DNA of 64,000 nt from Callorhinchus milii (GCF_018977255.1 NW_024704742.1:124808001-124872000), one strand, 5' to 3'; positions 48,870 to 61,577 are shown, numbered from the stretch's first letter. A program made the numbers and translations. Notes: generated by a model not told the origin, from the sequence alone.

Positions 48870-49445
48870 TCTTCTTTATATACTAATAAAACAACAATGC
48901 CTGTCTGCGCTTCAAGAAGGATCTCAATAACCGATTGACATAGAGACATGATTTATACCTCATCAGAAAGGTCTTGCAACTTGGAGTGACATGGGCATAT
49001 TTGTTTTTGGGTAACTCCTATCGTTCATGAGTTACTTTCATTTTTGCGTTTTTCACTGCAGTTACACCTGTTGGCCGCCGAGTCAAAGTGGCACTATGGC
49101 ATCGTGAGTCACAGAGCACCTACGTATGTATGTACGCACTGCAGTTACACCTGGTGGCCACTGCGGCTGATCATGCTGCTGTGGCACCTTGTGTCACAGA
49201 ACACGCACGTAGCCAAGTTTCGGGAATAAATAAAGAACACAGACGAAGCTAAGCCATGGCAACAACAAAATTTTAAAGCGTCGAGTCCTCCCACTGAGTC
49301 CTCCCATAAGGAGTCCTCCCACAAGAATCCTCCCAGCTGAAGATAGATAAAGATGAAATGTTTGTCTGTGCGTCTGTCTGTGTGTCAATCTATATTCCAT
49401 ATTGAATCCTTTGCTTGCAAGCGAAGCTGCAACAGGTACAGCTAG
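48870..49445 (+). mobile_element. Non-autonomous Helitron, 576 bp
   Basis: A|TCTTCTTTATATACTAATAAAA 5' end; CTAG|T 3' end; hairpin TTGCA(A)GC-GAA-GCTGCAA at 49415-49432; no TSD; CpG-rich interior. Confidence 0.85.
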
Positions 49446-49461
49446 TCACAAATAATCAGAA

Positions 49462-49752
49462 TAATCCTTACTTCCTCCACAAGTCTCTGTTTACCTAGTA
49501 GTAAATGAGAACTTGGTTGTTAGTCGATTGGCAGATCGCTTTCCGGTGGTTAATAATCCCTTTTTTTAAAAAAATAATAAATTAATCACTTCAATACACG
49601 ACTGTTTGTGGAACACTGCTGTGCACAATTGACTGCCCACAAAATGTACAGTTAATTCAATTTTGAGTATATTCTGTGAAACGTTTTGGGACATCTTGAA
49701 GATGTGATAAGGCCCTATATTAAATGCAAGGATTATTATTGTTATTATTATT
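49462..49752 (+). mobile_element. SINE long subfamily, 5'-truncated
   Basis: ctctgtttacctagtagtaaatgagaacttggttgttagtcgattggcagatcgctttccgg...aaatgcaaggattatt. Confidence 0.85.
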
Positions 49753-50780
49753 GCAACTGATATAGTGCCTTTCATGTCAGGATGCTTCACATGGTATATT
49801 GGAAAGTGTGTATTTGTGTGTATTTTGAAATTTCTTTCATAAGAAGTAACATAAGATTAACTCCAGTATTTATTTAAGATATTTGCATTCCCTATTTGTT
49901 CATTAAATTTCTATCTGGTAAGGAACTAAGTCATCGTTAATAAACAAAGCAGGTAACATAAAAGGTTGTTGATCAGCCAATGTAAAACCAGTGCTTAGAA
50001 ATGTTCTGGGATTGATTACTTTCATTACCTAAGCCTTACATCATCAATTTCAATCCATTCTTCTATACCTTATAGAAATCAATGTCAGTTATTGAAAAAT
50101 GGTGTACTTGGCTTATATTCAAACAGTTCTTCTGAAGCAAACAGGTGGAGGCTAAAGGCCTGAAATGTCACCTGGACGAGCCCTGTAAAATGATTTTCTT
50201 TTAAAATTTAAGACTGCAGAAAGTCATAATGCTTTCTTAAATTCAGTCTTCATTTGAAAGTTGATTTTCTGCAGTTCTGAAAAATCACAAAAGAATTTAA
50301 GATTTTTTGACAATTCTGTGCAAGCTTAAATTGTAAGATAAAATGGTCCTACCTGCCAAGACTAGAGAGAAATTTGCTCAAGGTACATTGGTAGAGACAC
50401 TGTCCTTCAGATGGGATGTTAAACAAAAGTGTTGTTTGCCTGTTCACGTGGACATTGAAGATCCCACTATTTATTATAATAATAATCATAATCCTTGAAT
50501 AATAAACAATTTTTAAAAATATTTGATAACAGAAGGGAGGTTCTCGTGGAGTAATGGCCCACAAACCCCCGGATAAAATTGATTCCATTGCTGTTTGGAG
50601 ATATTGCTATGCACAAATGGGCTGTCACATTCACCTACAAAATATATAGTCAACACACTTTATAATAGATACTATGAAGCGCTTTGCAACTTTTCTCATT
50701 GTGAAAGGCGCTATATTGATCAAAGGATTATTATTGTTATTATATTACTCTTAATTTCAAACCTATTGTTATGTCACCCT

Positions 50781-50894
50781 TTTTTCTTTAAGGCACTATC
50801 CCAAATGTAAGGATTATTATTCTTTAATTGTTTGTGTGTTCAAACAATTAAAGAATAATAATCCTTACATTTGGCATAGTGCCTTAAAGAAAAA
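50781..50894. repeat. Near-perfect inverted repeat, 54 bp arms, 6 bp spacer
   Basis: 50781-50834 equals the reverse complement of 50841-50894 at 53/54 positions. Confidence 0.97.
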
Positions 50895-51629
50895 TCAAAA
50901 CTATTTTCAAAGAAATCAGCGTATAAATTAAATAATTCTTGGATGACTGACTTCTGTTTTATCATCCTGTTTTGTTTGATAAAACAGCTGTAGCACAGCT
51001 TTCACTACCTGTGCCTCTTGTACTTGGGCTCATTTTCTGATCAACAATATTTAACATCTTTGCTTTCCAGATCATTAGAGCTGTCCTTTGAGCTGGCTCC
51101 CAGAGGCCTGAATCTCTGGAAGTCCATTGAATTACCAGGGCACCTGTAGAAGAACAGAAAGCATTGATTAGTGTGCAAGGCGACCCCTGGGCCGCAGCAG
51201 AAGGATCGAATAACATAGTGAAGAGGCAATCCAAATCAATGTTTTGCTGCTGCCCAGCTGAAGCGGGTCGATAAATATGTACCATGGTGCTTTCAACATC
51301 AACTTATGAACGGTCTGCTCAGTGAATCTGAGAAACAGTCCGAATCTCAACCAGACACAGACAGTTTTATAAGGTACTGAATCAGAAAGATCAGGTTCTG
51401 AAAGACTTTATCAGATGCGTATCAATGTAGATTGCGTTGTTCTGTCACATTTCCAAAATTATAGTCGAAAGCAGAGGAAACCAAAACATGAGCCTAGTTT
51501 TCAGTTCAATCGTACATAATTACAGGACATATGTATAATAACAATCCTTACATTTGGTAACGTGCCATTGAGCCGTCTCAAAGAATTTCACAGGATATAC
51601 TGTAAAATGGAGTGACTAAGGCAAATAAA

Positions 51630-52388
51630 AATAAAATACGATATTACATTTGCATAGCACCTTCCACATGGGAGGACATCCCAAGGGGCTCGGCAGTCAG
51701 GGATTTGGACTCGAGTTGGGGTTTGGGATCGGGGAGGGTAGAGGGCAGGGAGGTTGGGAGGTTGGCCGAAGGCACAGTAAAAGATGTGCCTTGAAGAAGC
51801 CAAGGGAGGGACCAAGGTGAAGGGATTGTGAGATGGAGTTCCAAGAGGTGGGAGCAGAAAGGCTGAATGCCCGACTGACGATAGTGGGGCATGCCAGGCA
51901 GGGGACGTGGATCAAGCCATAGCCTAGTGAGCGGAGGAAGCAGACAGGTTGATATTGGGTCAGCAGGTCACAGAGGTAGGAAGCAGCAAGGCCATCGAGG
52001 GCTTTGAAGGCGAGGACGAGGATTTTGAACTTTATCCTCTGGGTGATGGAGAGGCAGTGGAGCCGTCGAGGGTGATGGGGTCACGGAGCCTGGTGCAGAA
52101 GAGGACATGAGCTGCAGAGTTCTGGATGATCTGCAGCTTGTGGAGGGAAGAGTTGGGAAGGTCAAAAAGCAGGGAATTGGCGTAGACGAGCCTAGATGTG
52201 ATGAATGCGTGGATGATGGTTTCGGAGGCCTAAGGGTTGAGACAGTGGAGGGGCCGGGCAATGTTGTGGAGGTGGGGGAAGGCAGAGAGGGTCATGGCAT
52301 GGATGTGGGGTAGAAAGGATTATGAGGATCAAACAAGAAACCAATGTTCTGGACTGCCTCGGTAAGGTGGAGTGTGCATGCCCCAGGA
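51630..52388 (-). mobile_element. Older L2 3' fragment
   Basis: Frameshifted L2 C-terminal motifs ([19 protein letters not shown]); same subfamily as 15165. Confidence 0.88.
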
Positions 52389-52940
52389 TGAAATTCGTAA
52401 AGGTTCTGAAGAGATTGAATGTGCTAATAAACACCGTGAATATATTTAAGAAATATAATAATTTCTTGTCGACCTCAATTTAAAGTCATATCCAAAGGAT
52501 GGCAGCTTTGGCAATGCAGCACACCCTCAGCACTATATTGGAGTATCAGTCTAGACTGTTTGAGTTTGAGGTCCTGACCCACAACTTTCTGACTCAGTCA
52601 CAAGAGTGCTATCAACTGAGCTAGGTGGATTCTAATCAAGTCAAAAATAAATCATTAAAATAAAGCTGAATTCTGAGTCTAGATTACTGACTGCACAGTG
52701 TCAGAAGACCTACGTATGTGGCTTTCATCACATTGGGCTACAAAGAGCAAGTTGCAAGAGCACAAAGAGCAAGTTGCAAGTGCACTTATCCTCCAGATCA
52801 GCCTCTGTATCCGCTTCCTCTTTAACGTATGGGCTGGGAATAAGTTTAGCACCTAATACAGAATAATTGCTGAGCACTGTTTACATTTCCAAGCACTCAA
52901 TTCCATTCACTTTCCTGCTGTTTCTTTATAAATAATCCAA

Positions 52941-53615
52941 CATCATATTCTTTGGCAGATCTATGTAATTTGACTGAAGCTGCATAGATTTTGGAAGCTG
53001 CAAAAGTCACTCAGTAATTAAAAGGACTAATGGGGGCTGGCAGTTAAAGGCATTATCTCTCTAATGTCCTCCCACACACGCCAGCCATGGACTCACAATG
53101 CTTTGCAACTTATTGCAGGCCACATTAAGTGCGTACAAACACATTAACATCATATCTCTGCTTCCCTCAGTTAAACAGCAGTTGATCCTTGTGACAAGAG
53201 GCAGCCAAAGGAAATCATGAATGGACCTGATTCCCTTCAGTCTATAGTGTTCCTGTTATGATATCACCAGATCTGTGGCTATTTCTTCACTCTAGTGTAT
53301 CTGACGCACGTTCAGCATGCTTCAGATTGGCTCAATCAGTGGCACTCTCACCTCTGCGTCAGAAGGTTGTGGGTTTGTGTCCCAAGTAGGGGCTTTAAGT
53401 CTTACATAGAGAGTTTGGAATCTCGGTGTTTTGTTCGACACTTGTTTCTCAGTTAAGCCTTTCATCTGGTCCTTCACCATAACTGCAGGGAGGGAGGGTT
53501 GCAGCCTACACTGAAGACCCCAATGGGATGTAGACACAAAGGTATTGAAGACTGACATCATATCCTTTGGCAGATCTATGTAGTTTGTCAGAAGATGCAT
53601 AGATTTTGGAAGCTG
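52941..53615 (+). repeat. 60 bp direct repeat pair (52941-53000 and 53556-53615)
   Basis: 55/60 identical; each copy has an internal inverted repeat ATCTATG...CATAGAT. Confidence 0.9.
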
Positions 53616-53947
53616 AATCATGAACCTGACTTCCAAGACAATTACAGAGGTTTGACTCAATTTCGACATTTGTTGCCAAGGAATCGTGTAGTATAGCTAT
53701 CTTAAAATATCTGAGAGATTATAGTAGTGAACTCTGAAGAAGAAAAATAAAAGGGAGAATTAAGGATGCTGACCTAAAGACTGGTCAAATAAATACTTCT
53801 TAAGAGAAGCTTGAGGGCAGGGAGGGAGGAAGCAAGTTCAAGAGACATTGGACTTGCGTGAGAGGCGCTCTATAAATGCAAGTTGTTGTTGTTGTTGAAC
53901 AAACGTTCTGGAGGGCAGTAACAGAATGGCTGTATGATCATTCACCA

Positions 53948-54185
53948 ATAATATTAATAATAATCCTTGCATTTAATATAGCGCCTCATCACGTCTTTGA
54001 GACATCTCAGAGTGTTTTTTTTTTATCCTTGCATTTGATATAGCGCTTTTCACGTCGAAGGACGTCCCAAAGCGCTTCACAGAACACACTGTAAAGTGAA
54101 TTGACTGTATATTTGTGGGCGAACGCGGCAGCCAATTGCGCACAGCAATGTCCCACAAACAGTCGTAGATTGAAAATGACCAGGA
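53948..54185 (-). mobile_element. Two stacked SINE 3' ends
   Basis: Two successive atccttgcattt..atagcgc tails at about 53963 and 54025. Confidence 0.85.
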
Positions 54186-55664
54186 CTGTTTTCCACAGTA
54201 AAGGGATATATTTTGTGCGTGAAATATGGAAGTCAGTGATGGGATAGAGGGAGGAACAAGCAACACTCTTAGGAAGAAGAAATGGAATCTGGATCAAGAT
54301 ATTGTCACAGTATCAAATATTTGTGAGTTTCAAAATATTTGTTGCAGTTTAAATTTTTCTGTCCTTTGGATAAAAGGCTAAATGTTCATGTTAGAATAAC
54401 CTTAATTGTTTTCTAACACCAGGGGGAAAAATACATTCCTGTGAAGTCTCACATTTTTGGTGTGTTGAATTTAAGGTAGTGGGTGTACCTTTTAAGATGG
54501 GACCTTTAAAAATAATGTGACGGCAATCTCCAGCCTGCAATTCAGACACTGCAGTTACATTTTAACTTTGAGAATGTTATGAATGTTGACAGTATTGCTA
54601 AATTCTGAAGTCCACTGAACTAGCAAGAACAATGGCTGAACCGGGCCATCACACTAGCTCAGCATGGTGCCTGGTAGTCACCCCTCGCATTGCACATTAT
54701 TGAATGAACCTTTCTTGACTGTGAGCAATTTTTGCACTTTGGAACATATTGACGTGAGCCATGGCTTGTGTCATTGGTTTGAACTCAATCTATGCGTCTG
54801 CATCGTTATTGTATTGCCATGATTCATTTAAAAGCAAACGTTTTTTAGCACGGCTGGCTGCCTTTCACGATAGGGTGGTCAGACGTGGGCGGCAGATATT
54901 CTCCCTGTGCAGTTTTGCCCCGTTGCTGGAAGGAAAATAAATGAAAACATTAGTTGTTCGTGCTGCTCTTAGTTTTGACAGCTTTAGCTGGGGGGTTTCG
55001 ATTCATGAACCATTTACTGTTTTCTGCCCAGGATCTAGTTGGTGCATTATGCTATATGTCTCCTTCAATTTACTGAGATCTATATGACGTCTATTGAGAA
55101 AAACAGAAGATCGGCCTTTGTAGCGGGAAGGGAACCAATATAGGAGTCCTGCATTGTTTTATTTTTCCATTATATTTGATGCCTGCAGCCAAGCTAAGTT
55201 AAAGAAAGAGCTTTAGAGATCTCCAGCTGGGATTTTTGCACGAGGCAGGGTGATTCTGGGCACTGAGGGCAGCCCTTGTTGTTTGAAGGAATGAGAGAGC
55301 AACCTTTGAAAGCTTGAATTACTGGAGGTCATAGCAGGACTTTTTTTCTAACATGCAACAGAAAGAAATTCCCTGGATAAGCAATGAAAAGTGACTTTTC
55401 CAGCAGTGAGACGGTGTACACTGAAAGAGAAAATGGGTTGAGAATAAATTGTTTTGTAGTTATATTTCAGAGTTGTAAATCAAGATAGCATTTGTAAACA
55501 TACTGCGCAATATCCATGAATGTTTTGACTGAATATCGTTCTTTTGTAATTTACAATGGTGCAAGTTGAAGGCTTGTGCTTTATGACAATAGTTTTGCTA
55601 CCCATCTACACCAATGCTAGGAATCCAACATAGTTTCAACACCGAGGAAGTGGGACAGGACCAC

Positions 55665-55930
55665 ATCTAATTGGTAACAGTCTTGCCTCTTGAAGAGTCA
55701 GAAAGTTGGGAGTTCAAGCCCAATGTTGGGACTTTGAATTCAGAGTCTAGGTTGACACTCCAAAATAGTGCTTGGGGAGAGCTGTATTGTCAGAGATCCC
55801 GTCTTACAGATGAAAAGTTAAACTGAGGTCCTGTCTACATGTTCAGGTGAACGTTAAAGACTGCATGATACTATTTGAAAAGAGAAGGGTGATTCTCCAA
55901 GTATCCTGGCCAACACTAGCCTAGATAAGA
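55665..55930 (+). mobile_element. Old Deu-domain SINE, followed by an opposite-strand SINE tail at about 55935-56075
   Basis: gagtcagaaagttgggagttcaagccc, agatgaaaagttaaactgaggtcc, gtatcctggccaaca. Confidence 0.8.
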
Positions 55931-56929
55931 TTAATCATTCATGTTGGGGAGACATCCCAAAGCACTTCACAGGATTTTTGAAAAGTGTAGTGGTAGAATA
56001 TTTTATAGATGAACAAAACAGTCAATGTACCTACAGCAATGTCCCACAAACAGCCATGAATTGAATGACCAAGTTTAGGTATTAGGTAGATAGGCAGATA
56101 TGTAGATAGGCAGATATGTAGGCAAATTGTTGTTCTCATTGATGAATGAAACACTGCACCACAACGAGGCTTATTTTGTGATTTTTCTTAAGGTTATTGA
56201 ACTATATGTTTGCTTGAATCTCACCAAACACTTATCAATTTCGGTTATCTGTCTTGCTCTGTGATGTGATATTTTCTATTGATGTTAATGGTATCGCCCC
56301 CACTGAATGATGCAAAATACAATGTAAATAGACACACCAGAAGTCTGGAAGAACGTGTGTTTCAAGTGTGTGAGTATTGTGACCAGTCATCCTTCCTACT
56401 TTTGGTTGTCACAACGTTACTTTGCCCTTAATTCATAGCCCCTGCAATCCTTTGAATTAACTGGTGCTGTTTTTATGAAGTTAACAGGTATATATGCATG
56501 CTCGCTCACTCCTGACCCTGCTCACCTGACAAGTTTAAACTCTTGTGGTGAGTGGCAACTTGCCTCTGTACAGCAGCATCAAGCTCCTCCCTTCAGCTGA
56601 AACATTTAACCTGACTGCCGAGAGGAATTTTGGTTTCCACTGCAATAATTAATGGGACCATTACTTTACACATGACACATTCTTGGCCATCTATTGATTG
56701 CTAAGAAATTCAAATGGATACTGATGGGTTTTGCTTTGAGTGGGGGATGATCTGGTAAATGGAGCGACATCCCTCTCCAGCATCCCTATTAATAGACATG
56801 AACTGGATTTGAATGTCAGAATGAAAAGTAAGAGAGTCAGAAAGTGAAAGAGAGGAAAAAAATGAGAGAGACTGAGATAGAGTATATGTGACAAACAGAG
56901 AGAAAGAGAGAGTGAGTGTGTGAGATTGA

Positions 56930-57160
56930 GGGAGGACACAGGTTTAGAGTTGCAAAGGCAATTTCAGAACAGACACCAGGAAATTTTTCTTTACTCCGAG
57001 GGTAAGGAACAACTGGAACAAGTTGCCAGGAAAAGTGGCTGAAGCCATTAAATGTAGCTTGATGCTGCAATGGGAGGATGGTAGGGTGGGATTCTGGAGG
57101 GATGAGATAGGAGTGGCTGAATGGGCTTCTTCATCCAAACAATCTTGTGATCTTGTGAAT
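56930..57160 (+). mobile_element. CR1-clade 3' end, preceded by a GA-rich low-complexity tract (56820-56930)
   Basis: gaggacacaggtttagag..aggaaatttttctttactccgagggtaaggaacaactggaacaagttgcca; tcttgtgatcttgtga tail. Confidence 0.8.
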
Positions 57161-58517
57161 CTTTTAAATCTAGCTAGAAAAATCGCTTAATGTTTTTCTT
57201 TAAAACTGCCGAGGGCTACAACAGATCTAAACTCTTCATACGAGTTGTCTTGAAGATGCTGGATAGTATTGCTTTTAAAAATAGTTTTATTTTGTATCAA
57301 ACACAACAAGAGATGTACATTACTTATAATGTCTCCAACAAATCATGTATCAAGTATTAAAATTTTTATAATAAATAATCTAATAATAATGATTACATTT
57401 GATATGGCACTTTTCACATTAGAGGAATGTCTCAAAGCACCTCAAAAGATTTGAAATGTTTCCTAGGATCCTAAGATTTGAAAAAGCACTTGAAATAGCA
57501 AGGCATTGGTATCCAGCATTTAGATCCACCTTTTTTTTATCCCCAGCAGTGTACAGTGAATGAGGTCAGTGTATCTATTCCACTCCGACTTTGCTGAGCA
57601 ACATAAAACTGTCAAATTTGTAGAGGTCTGATGTTCCATTAAGTAATCAATGTGGATTACTGACTTTTAGATAAATGCTGCTCAACTGTGTAAGGTCAAT
57701 ATTTGTTAGTTCATTGGCAGAATGATTAATCAATCAATACATGGATCCTGGGGTCAGAAACTGGGAGAATTGCAGTGTTTACATCTGCAGCCTCTTGAAT
57801 TGCTTGCCTTATTCATCTCTTAAATTAATAGTGCTCCACATTGTATTCACATTTTTCTCTTGTTACTGTTATCAGAGTACGTCACCCTCTGAGGAGGCTG
57901 ACTGTGGGGCCTGCACTGTGTTAAAAGAAAAAGCTCTGAAATTGTACAGATGGAAAGTATTCCAGCCTTGCTGTGATTTGAAAACAACGGTTTGTAGCAG
58001 GACTGACTAATCTCACTCAATGAACAGTGATAGAGTTTCTAATAGTAATAACAATAATAAACTTACATATGATTTAGCGCCATTCACTATACGATATACT
58101 GTATGGTGAAGTGAATATATATTTTGTGAGTGAATCACCATATTTTGTGAGTGAATGATACTTATATTTGTTTTTCCTTCCTCCTTTCTCCCTTCTCTGA
58201 AGATGTGTTGGGCTACTTTCTTTCTCCTAATCCACTTCAAACACTTTGAGACATACTCCCGACATGAAAGGTGTTACACACATGTAAATTGTATTATATT
58301 TGGGGAATTGTTGTCTTGGTCAACAATCTCCCAAATAAAATCAATTGTTCACTTCATGGCTGTTTGTGGGACATTGCCAAACACAAAGTGGTTGTTGATT
58401 TTTCCTTCCCTGGCCCAGATGTGCTGCACTCAAATATGGTGTCCCAACTGCTTACCCAGTTAAGATTAGTTTACTCATTATGGAAGATTCAAAATTGCAA
58501 CCTTCTAGCCTGTATTG

Positions 58518-58632
58518 ACCAGAGAGGGGGGCATCGGAATAGTCCAGCTGGGTAGTGACGAAGTCGTGGACGAGGGTTTGGGCTGCTTTGGTTGTGAGGT
58601 ACGGACAAAAGCGGACAATATGTCGGAGATTA
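58518..58632 (-). mobile_element. Isolated internal L2 ORF2 fragment
   Basis: Minus strand translates as LRHIVRFCPYLTTKAAQTLVHDFVTTQLDYSDAPLSG, homologous to [32 protein letters not shown]. Confidence 0.85.
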
Positions 58633-60654
58633 ACAATTATGGTGCAGGAACAATAGATGCCAAACTAAAGTTTAGAATTTAGAAGTTAGAACAGATGTCT
58701 TATGAAAGCAGAACTGAAACATAATTATTTTTTACAGGGCATCTGTTCCTACAAAGTAACTTTCTCTTTGTATGAAAAGCGAAATGGACCTCTTATTATA
58801 AGTGTCCCCATAAATCTGATGCGCATTAACACTGCATTCAGGGACTATAACAAGATGTCACCCCTCACCTCACAGAATATCGCCCACGGTAGACATGCTG
58901 GGTGGTATCCTGTTTTGTTTTACTAAAAATGTGCTGAAACTAAATATAAATGAGGTTGTTATATAATCATAATAATAATTCTTGCATTTGATGTAACACT
59001 TGATCATATTGTCAAGATGTCTCAAAATGCTTCACATGATATACTGTAAAGTAATGTGACTGTATATTTTGTGGGCCAATGTGGGTAAAGGCACATTCAA
59101 CAACAGCAGGAAAAACGACAACTTGCATTTATATAGCCCCATTCACGTGGGGTAGAATCCCGGGGGTCTTATTACATTCACATGCTTCTACGTAAGAAAG
59201 AAGTCAATTCTCAGTTAATAATGACAAATGCTTAGCTGTCAGTTGGCAATTTGTGACAGCATTACATGTAGGATTGTAAGACATGAACAGCATCATTTAC
59301 TTTTGTTAAGAGATGTGGATGGTGTAATCTGATCATTTTTGCATGCGCCATTACTTATTACAGTCAATTACAATTGTTTAGCAATGGTAGATTAATATGT
59401 GGTTTGATATTTTATAAGGTTAGAGTAGATATACTTTACCATTCTTCAATTTCAAAGCAAATTGGTTGTCGAAGGAAAATGTAAAAGTGCTTCCAATCAG
59501 CTGGACTCTATCACTTCAGAGAATTCACTGTAAAGTGTAATCATTGTATTTTTATAGGCGAACTTCTTCAGAGGTGTGATTTGAAACTGAGATCTGACCT
59601 TTCTTGGGTTGTTGTCCTCATTTTGAATGATCATATGCCACTCCATAATGTGTCGACATTGTGCTAGTCTATCTCTGGCCTCAAAGACACAGAGACCTGT
59701 ACAGCCATGACTCCAAAACAGGGAGAATGTGCCTACCGTCATGTCCCCTCTCCCCCTGGCTCGGCATCATGCTCTGTCACACCAAGCGCTCCGGGACTCT
59801 ATCCTGCCTCAGAGGGACTATATAAGTGCAAGTTGTTGTTGTTGAGAATCTCACCAACTTCGAAATACACTGAAACCTGACAACTGTCTAAATGAGCTGA
59901 TGGTGGATTGATTACGTTATTTAACAGGGCTACCATTTGCGTCACCTAATTATGTCACTGCACATTTTGAAGAGGATTTCTTACACTACACTTAACGGAC
60001 AGCACAGCCGTTGTTAGCCTAATGATGTGTGTTCATTGGTCCCTTAAGAGTGCAATTCTGTACAATATGTGACAGCCTCTTCCTTTTAGGAAGTTATTTG
60101 CCTTTGTTGCTGGTAACAACCTCATACATCCTCATTCTACATTCAGCACCGTCACTGTATGAAACGAAAAATTTACATTTTCTGATGTTTTTGGGAGGTC
60201 TTTGCACTCTGAGTGTATTAAATACTTTTAGCTTTTTATGTGTTGCATATCAGTGGAGTTAGATAGATTAAATAGGACAGAAATGCTTTTACTTTTATTA
60301 AAGTTAAATTGTAAGCACACAATTTTGGAATTGTGTTTGCACTGGATAACTTTATCCTGGGCTTTCGGCCTTCACACAAGGCTGTGACCTTAGAGTGCTG
60401 AGATTTGGGCAGGACTGCACTACAGTTACAGTTTGCCTACAGCTAGGAGCTGCAATGTAGAACTGTTACTCTTCACTGAGTGACAGTGTTATCGTGCTTA
60501 GCACCATATGGAGACGGAGGATTAAAAACAAATGCTAACAGTTGCTTTCTCTGATACCAGATGTCTATCTACGCAACTGATGTGTTTGTTAAATGTTACA
60601 GAGGGTTTGTCTCTACCCCCCACACCTAATTAACTGCCATATCTGTGAAGCATA

Positions 60655-60698
60655 TCAATCAATCAATCAATCAACCAGCTAACCAGCCAACCAGCCAA
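60655..60698. repeat. Compound tetranucleotide microsatellite (TCAA)n grading into CCAG/CCAA
   Basis: tcaatcaatcaatcaatcaaccagctaaccagccaaccagccaa. Confidence 0.9.
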
Positions 60699-61167
60699 GA
60701 ATCCTGTGAAGGAACGATAGTCGCTGTGCATGTTTCCAATTATATTTTGTTCAACGGATGTGTTCAGAGAATTTTTTTTGTCAGCTAGGTGTCTGACACA
60801 TGTGGAAATTACTATATTTAAGAGTGTTCAATTCAGAGTGAAAATTCCATGTATATATGCCACTTTGATAAGGAAATTTCCCTCTGTCTGCAATAGAATG
60901 TATACTCTCTTTGCAGAAGCACACACCTTGTTTAGTTCATTCCAAAGTATAATACAACAACAACAACAAGATTACATTTGTATAACGCCTTTCATGTCAG
61001 GAGGACGTCCCAAAGTGCTGGACAGAAAACAGGATTTCAGATAGGTGAACATTGGCAAGAGACAAAGCTTTGGGAGCCCAGAGGCACTTGATGAGAGTGC
61101 TACAAAAGAATGTTGTATGTGAGAATGAAAAATCTTAAGTAAATTAAAATAATCTGACTGGACAAAA

Positions 61168-61253
61168 CAAAACACAAAAACAGAGAGAGAGCTGGGAAAA
61201 CTCAGCAGGTCAGGCAGTGTCTACGGAGAAAGGAAAGAACCCTTCGTCAGAAC
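61168..61253. mobile_element. Half copy of the palindromic element at 18761
   Basis: gctgggaaaactcagcaggtcaggcagtgtctacggagaaaggaaa...cccttcgtcagaa. Confidence 0.75.
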
Positions 61254-61299
61254 ACGTGAAAGGTGCTATACAAATGTAATCTTGCTGTTGTTTTTGTTT

Positions 61300-61577
61300 A
61301 ATATTATCTGGGGCATTGTTTGCTAGGACACCAGGAAAAACACTCTTCTCTTTTTCATCTTTATAGACCACTTGAGTAGGTGAATGAAACCTTAGTTTAA
61401 TATCTCATTTAAAGCATGGCAGCTACAAGAATGCAGCTCTCCCCAGCACTACATCAAAGTGTCAACCCAGACTGTGAGCTCAAAGGCCTGCATGGGGCTT
61501 GAATCTACAACTTTCTCAATCAGAGGCTAGAATGCTACCAATCGAGCCAACTGAGCCCAGGAACTAAGGCTGACACC
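61300..61577 (-). mobile_element. Old Deu-domain SINE
   Basis: aggacaccaggaaaaacactc, ccttagtttaatatctcatt, aaggctgacac. Confidence 0.75.

Noticed and set aside
52741..52783. 21 bp tandem duplication (similar ones near 10722 and 58119)
   Set aside because: Ordinary slippage duplications.
58520..58605. Plus-strand exon-like GC-rich segment ending in GAG|gtacgg
   Set aside because: Explained as the antisense of an L2 ORF2 fragment.
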